From NCBI GenBank assembly GCA_964510645.1, contig CAZECJ010000002.1:11432-75431 (forward strand): a DNA stretch of 64,000 bases, in the 5' to 3' direction. The translations under genes were made by a program, and so were the position numbers. How positions within the stretch are numbered: the first letter of the stretch is position 1; the number at the start of each line of letters is the position of its first letter. Source of the DNA: an uncultured Verrucomicrobiota bacterium. GTDB lineage: Bacteria > Verrucomicrobiota > Kiritimatiellia > CAIQIC01 > Lenti-01. Of this stretch, positions 60,641 to 64,000 are shown piece by piece. The notes under the pieces were generated by a model. The model made no database searches, was not told the origin of the DNA, and saw only the letters and a program-made list of their open reading frames with translations.

Positions 60641-62551
60641 CTAGACAGCATACACCACGACCTGCGCCGGTCGCAAGACGGCCGGGAGCGGTTCGCCGGT
60701 GAGCAAGTCCAGCTTGGCGGACGGATGCGGCAGGATCAGCGGTTGTTCGCGGTGCATGTCGCTGTTGCCGAGGATGGCGAAGGCTTTCTTCAGGCCGGGC
60801 TTCTGGCGGAGATAGCCGGTGACGGCGCGGTTGCCGGTCTCCAGCGGGATGATGGTGCCGGGGGAGGGATCGCTGAACAGCTCGCGGTATTTGTCGCGCA
60901 GGGCGTGCACGCGGCGCAGCGGGTCGACGAGCGTTTGCTCGCGCGTCCATCCGAGGGCGGCGGCGCTGAACAGCGGCAGCACGGACGGCGGCAGTTGCGC
61001 GACTTCCTCGTTGGTGAAGTCGAAGCCGGTGTTGACGGGGACGGGCTCGGCGAGCTCGATGCCGTTGTGGAGGTAGGGGACGCCGGGGAGGAAGGCGCCC
61101 ATGGCCTGCGCGTAGAGCGCGAAGGCGGCGCCCCCGGCCCAATGCACGGCGCGCGGCGTGTTGTGGTTTTCCGCCATGGCCATGAACGGCACGGGCAGGC
61201 CCGCGCCGTGGATCCAGCGCAGCCAGCCGCGGAAGTTTTCCGCGTTGCGCACGGTCTGCATGAAGGGACCGACGCAGACGTTGTAGCCTTCATCGCGGGC
61301 GGCGGGACTGAGGTTGAATTCCTCGGCCCACAGCGCGAAGTCGGGATCGACCTGGCGGGCGCGGGCGACGAGCCCGCGCTTGAGATCGGCGGGCAGGGCG
61401 TGGCCCATGTCGATCATCACGCCGTCGACGCCGAAGGTCGTCTGGTAGTGGGGGATGACCTCGGTGATTTTTTCCCACAGCGGGCGCACGACGTGCTCGG
61501 CGCGCGCGAGCTGCGCGGAATACATGCGGACGGTGTTGTAGGCGATGTAGTTGAAGTCGGGGTGGTCGTAGAGCCGCAGGTAGGTCACGTCCGTCCACGG
61601 CGGCTGTTCGGAGTCCGGGCCCCAGTCGCAGAAGGCGCCGGGTATGCGCACGGAAACGGGCTGGCCGTTGCGGGGATCGGGCGCGGTGCCGCGCCAGCAG
61701 CCGTTTTCCATGCGGAGGGTCTCGGGCTTGGGCGGAACGGTGAACATGTCGCGGTACGTTTGGTGCGGCGGCAGCAGCTCGTGGAAGCGGCCGTTGCCGA
61801 CGGCGTCGTAGATGTTCTTCAATTCGTCGGGCGTGAACAGCGGCGCGCCGTAGGTGTCTTCGGATTTCTCGCCGTTGCGGCGGTCGGGCACGTCGGCGCG
61901 GATCCAGTAGAACCACTCGGGGTGTTCTTTCGCCCAGGCGGCGTCCTTGGCGGCGGTGCGGAAAACGAATTCGACGACGATGCGGATGCCGAGATGGTGC
62001 GCGGCGGCGACGAAGGCGGCGAATTCGGTTTCCACGTCGAGCCCCAGCGCGGGTTCGGCGAGGTGTTCGTCGAGCGCGTAGGGGTCGCGGATGGCGAAAG
62101 CGCTGCCGAGGTCGCCCTTGTTGCCGTCCTGGCCGATGGAGGTGATCGGCAGCAGATGGATCGTGTTGCAGCCGAGCGAGCGGATGAACGGAAGCATGGC
62201 GGTGGCCTTGAGGAAGGTGCCGGTCTCGCGCCAGCCGGAGGCGAGCGGCTCGCAGGAAATCCGGCCGTCGCCGTCGTGGTCGAAGGCGGCGCCGTAGCGG
62301 ACGAGGAGATTGTAGGCGATGGCGTTCTTGCCCCAGTCGCCGGGGACGTCGCCGTCGGTGACGCGCTTGCGGCGGGGCGAAGCGAGGATTCCGCGGAGGC
62401 TGTTCAGGAAAAATTGCTCGGGCACGACGGACTGGGCCGCGACGGGACCGGTCGGATCGATCCAAAGCCCGGGAATGCGAATGGCCGGCGAGGGGCGCGC
62501 GAGGCGCTCTTCGAGGCGGGCGATGACACGATTCAGGGGTTTGGATTTCAT
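60641..62551 (-). CDS. Alpha-amylase family (GH13) glycoside hydrolase/transferase
   Basis: 'GCNTIHLLPITSIGQDGNKGDLGSAFAIRDPYALD', 'HHLGIRIVVEFVFRTAAKD', 'FGVDGVMIDMGHALP' (region II, nucleophile Asp), 'FALWAEEFN' (region III Glu) and 'MAMAENHNTPR' (region IV) are present. Confidence 0.8.
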   Translation of the reverse strand: MKSKPLNRVIARLEERLARPSPAIRIPGLWIDPTGPVAAQSVVPEQFFLNSLRGILASPRRKRVTDGDVPGDWGKNAIAYNLLVRYGAAFDHDGDGRISCEPLASGWRETGTFLKATAMLPFIRSLGCNTIHLLPITSIGQDGNKGDLGSAFAIRDPYALDEHLAEPALGLDVETEFAAFVAAAHHLGIRIVVEFVFRTAAKDAAWAKEHPEWFYWIRADVPDRRNGEKSEDTYGAPLFTPDELKNIYDAVGNGRFHELLPPHQTYRDMFTVPPKPETLRMENGCWRGTAPDPRNGQPVSVRIPGAFCDWGPDSEQPPWTDVTYLRLYDHPDFNYIAYNTVRMYSAQLARAEHVVRPLWEKITEVIPHYQTTFGVDGVMIDMGHALPADLKRGLVARARQVDPDFALWAEEFNLSPAARDEGYNVCVGPFMQTVRNAENFRGWLRWIHGAGLPVPFMAMAENHNTPRAVHWAGGAAFALYAQAMGAFLPGVPYLHNGIELAEPVPVNTGFDFTNEEVAQLPPSVLPLFSAAALGWTREQTLVDPLRRVHALRDKYRELFSDPSPGTIIPLETGNRAVTGYLRQKPGLKKAFAILGNSDMHREQPLILPHPSAKLDLLTGEPLPAVLRPAQVVVYAV

Positions 62552-62726
62552 GCAGACTCCATTCAAAGGGGGGCAAATATAGGCGACGGCCGGCGAATAG
62601 GGAAGAGAAAAACGCTTTACCCGCCATATTTTCAGAGAATTGCGGGTTGAGCCCCCCCGCCCAGCGCTTCAGCAGGATCCCCATTTCTGTGCATAGTCAA
62701 TTAAGTATGCACAGGATATCTGAAAT

Positions 62727-62751
62727 TCAATCCATTTGGAATGAATGGATT
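62727..62751 (-). terminator. Candidate terminator hairpin downstream of lpdA
   Basis: A 9-bp stem CAATCCATT/AATGGATTG carries a 7-nt loop. On the minus strand it is followed by AATTTCAG, a weak U-tract. A second hairpin, CTGTGCATA/TATGCACAG, lies at 62687..62713. Confidence 0.3.
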
Positions 62752-62792
62752 GCGCTTGTATTGCCTGAAATCTGGTTATGGACGGATCGGCC

Positions 62793-64000
62793 TCAGGACG
62801 CCGATGGACGGGACGGCTTGGCGGGACGATACAGGTGGGTGCAAAGGCCTTCGTGGAGGTCGGCGGCTTCGCCCAAGGTTTCGGAAAGCGTGGGGTGCGG
62901 GTGGATCGTGCGCGCGAGATCGGCGGCGGTCGCGCCGGTCTCCAGCGCGAGGGCCGCCTCGGAAATCAAATCGCCCGCGCCGGGTCCGGCCATGGCGACG
63001 CCCAGCAGTTTTCCGGTGCCGGGATCGGCGAGGATTTTCGTAACGCCGTCGGTGCGGTCCAGCGTGAGCGCGCGCCCGCTGGCGGCCCAAGGGAATTTCG
63101 AGACCTTGATTTCGAGTCCTTGTTCCTTGGCTTGCGTTTCGGTGAGGCCCACCCAGGCGATTTCGGGATCGGTGAACACGACGGCCGGCACATGCGCAGA
63201 ACGATGCGCCGCGCGTCCGAACAGGCGCGCAACGAGCGCGCGGGCTTCGTGCGTGGCCTTGTGGGCCAGCATGGGATTGCCTGCGACGTCGCCGGCGGCG
63301 AAGACGCGCGGATTCGCGGTGCGGCCATCGGCCGCGACGGAAATGAAGCCGCGGTCCGTGAGGGAAATCCCGGCCTTTACCAGATCGAGCCCGTCGGTGA
63401 AGGGGCGGCGGCCGACGGCGACGAGGGCCTTGGCGAACGTTTCCTCGCGGGTTTCGCCGGTCTTGACGTTTTCGAGCGCGACGCGCAGCCCGGCGGGATC
63501 GTCGGCGACGCCGGCGACGTGCGTATTCAGATGGATATCCTTGAAAATTCCTCGCAGGCGCTTGGCGAGAGGCACGATCAAGTCGCGGTCGACGCCGGGC
63601 AGGAGGCCGCCGGTCATTTCGACGACGGTGACGCGCGAACCAAGCGCGGCATAAACGGAGCCGAGTTCGAGGCCGATGTAGCCGCCGCCCACGACGAGGA
63701 GCGTTTCGGGGATTTCGGGGAGCTCGAGCGCTGCGGTGGAATCCCACAGGTGCGGATGGCGGGCGGGGAAGGCGGCGGGCATCGCCGGAACCGAGCCGGT
63801 GGCGAGCAGGAGCGCGTCGAAATCGTGCGGCGCGGCCGAACCGTCCGGCGCGACGAGGCGGAGCCGCGCGGGCGAGTCGAAGGCCGCGCGGGCCTCGACG
63901 ACGCGTACGCCGCGGGCCTTGGCGAGCTGGGCGAGGCCTTGCGCGAGGCGGTCGGTGACGGCTTCTTTCCATTCGCGCAGGGCGTCGAGGCGGATGGCAG
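62793..64000 (-). CDS. lpdA: Dihydrolipoyl dehydrogenase (E3), 5'-partial (N-terminus beyond window end)
   Basis: 'LLVVGGGYIGLELGSVYAALGSRVTVVE' is the NAD GxGxxG motif. 'VFAAGDVAGNPMLAHKATHEA', 'AVVFTDPEIAWVGLTE' and 'TIHPHPTLSETLGEAA' follow. My own translation shows the frame stays open from 63783 to 64000 (...AIRLDALREWKEAVTDRLAQGLAQLAKARGVRVVEARAAF...). Confidence 0.85.
   Translation of the reverse strand, partial: AIRLDALREWKEAVTDRLAQGLAQLAKARGVRVVEARAAFDSPARLRLVAPDGSAAPHDFDALLLATGSVPAMPAAFPARHPHLWDSTAALELPEIPETLLVVGGGYIGLELGSVYAALGSRVTVVEMTGGLLPGVDRDLIVPLAKRLRGIFKDIHLNTHVAGVADDPAGLRVALENVKTGETREETFAKALVAVGRRPFTDGLDLVKAGISLTDRGFISVAADGRTANPRVFAAGDVAGNPMLAHKATHEARALVARLFGRAAHRSAHVPAVVFTDPEIAWVGLTETQAKEQGLEIKVSKFPWAASGRALTLDRTDGVTKILADPGTGKLLGVAMAGPGAGDLISEAALALETGATAADLARTIHPHPTLSETLGEAADLHEGLCTHLYRPAKPSRPSAS

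Overview
This is a high-GC bacterial chromosomal window, almost entirely coding. All family calls come from reading motifs in the supplied translations; no database search was run.

Contents in order:
1. Two tandem paralogous giant surface proteins of the peptidase C25 (gingipain-like) family.
2. A compact cassette of PqqD, a radical-SAM enzyme with a Cys-rich C-terminus, a PqqA-like 60-aa peptide and an HprK-like kinase, plus a convergent S24/S26 peptidase. It looks like a RiPP maturation module but fits neither PQQ nor lasso biosynthesis. This is the most interesting candidate.
3. Directly downstream, a ~31-kb single-strand, translationally coupled glycan (EPS/O-antigen-like) locus. It encodes Wza/Wzc, Wzm/Wzt, two Wzy/ligase-like proteins, about a dozen glycosyltransferases, methyl- and acetyltransferases, a WecA-like initiating enzyme and an LtaS-like transferase. 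It is closed by a convergent NTP_transf_5-type nucleotidyltransferase, the usual partner of HprK-like kinases.
4. tRNA-Arg(TCG).
5. Housekeeping genes: an RpiB-SHMT fusion, a HydG-like enzyme, metA, gpsA, a GH13 enzyme and a partial lpdA.
6. Interleaved with these, a minus-strand module of a P-loop kinase, two membrane NERD paralogs, a 6xTRAM repeat protein and a secreted deaminase-fold protein.

A 19-bp palindrome, TTTTCCAC-N3-GTGGAAAA, recurs in four promoter-proximal gaps, in three of them as arrays with 22 and 30-31 bp spacing. No rRNA, CRISPR array, transposase or integrase was seen.
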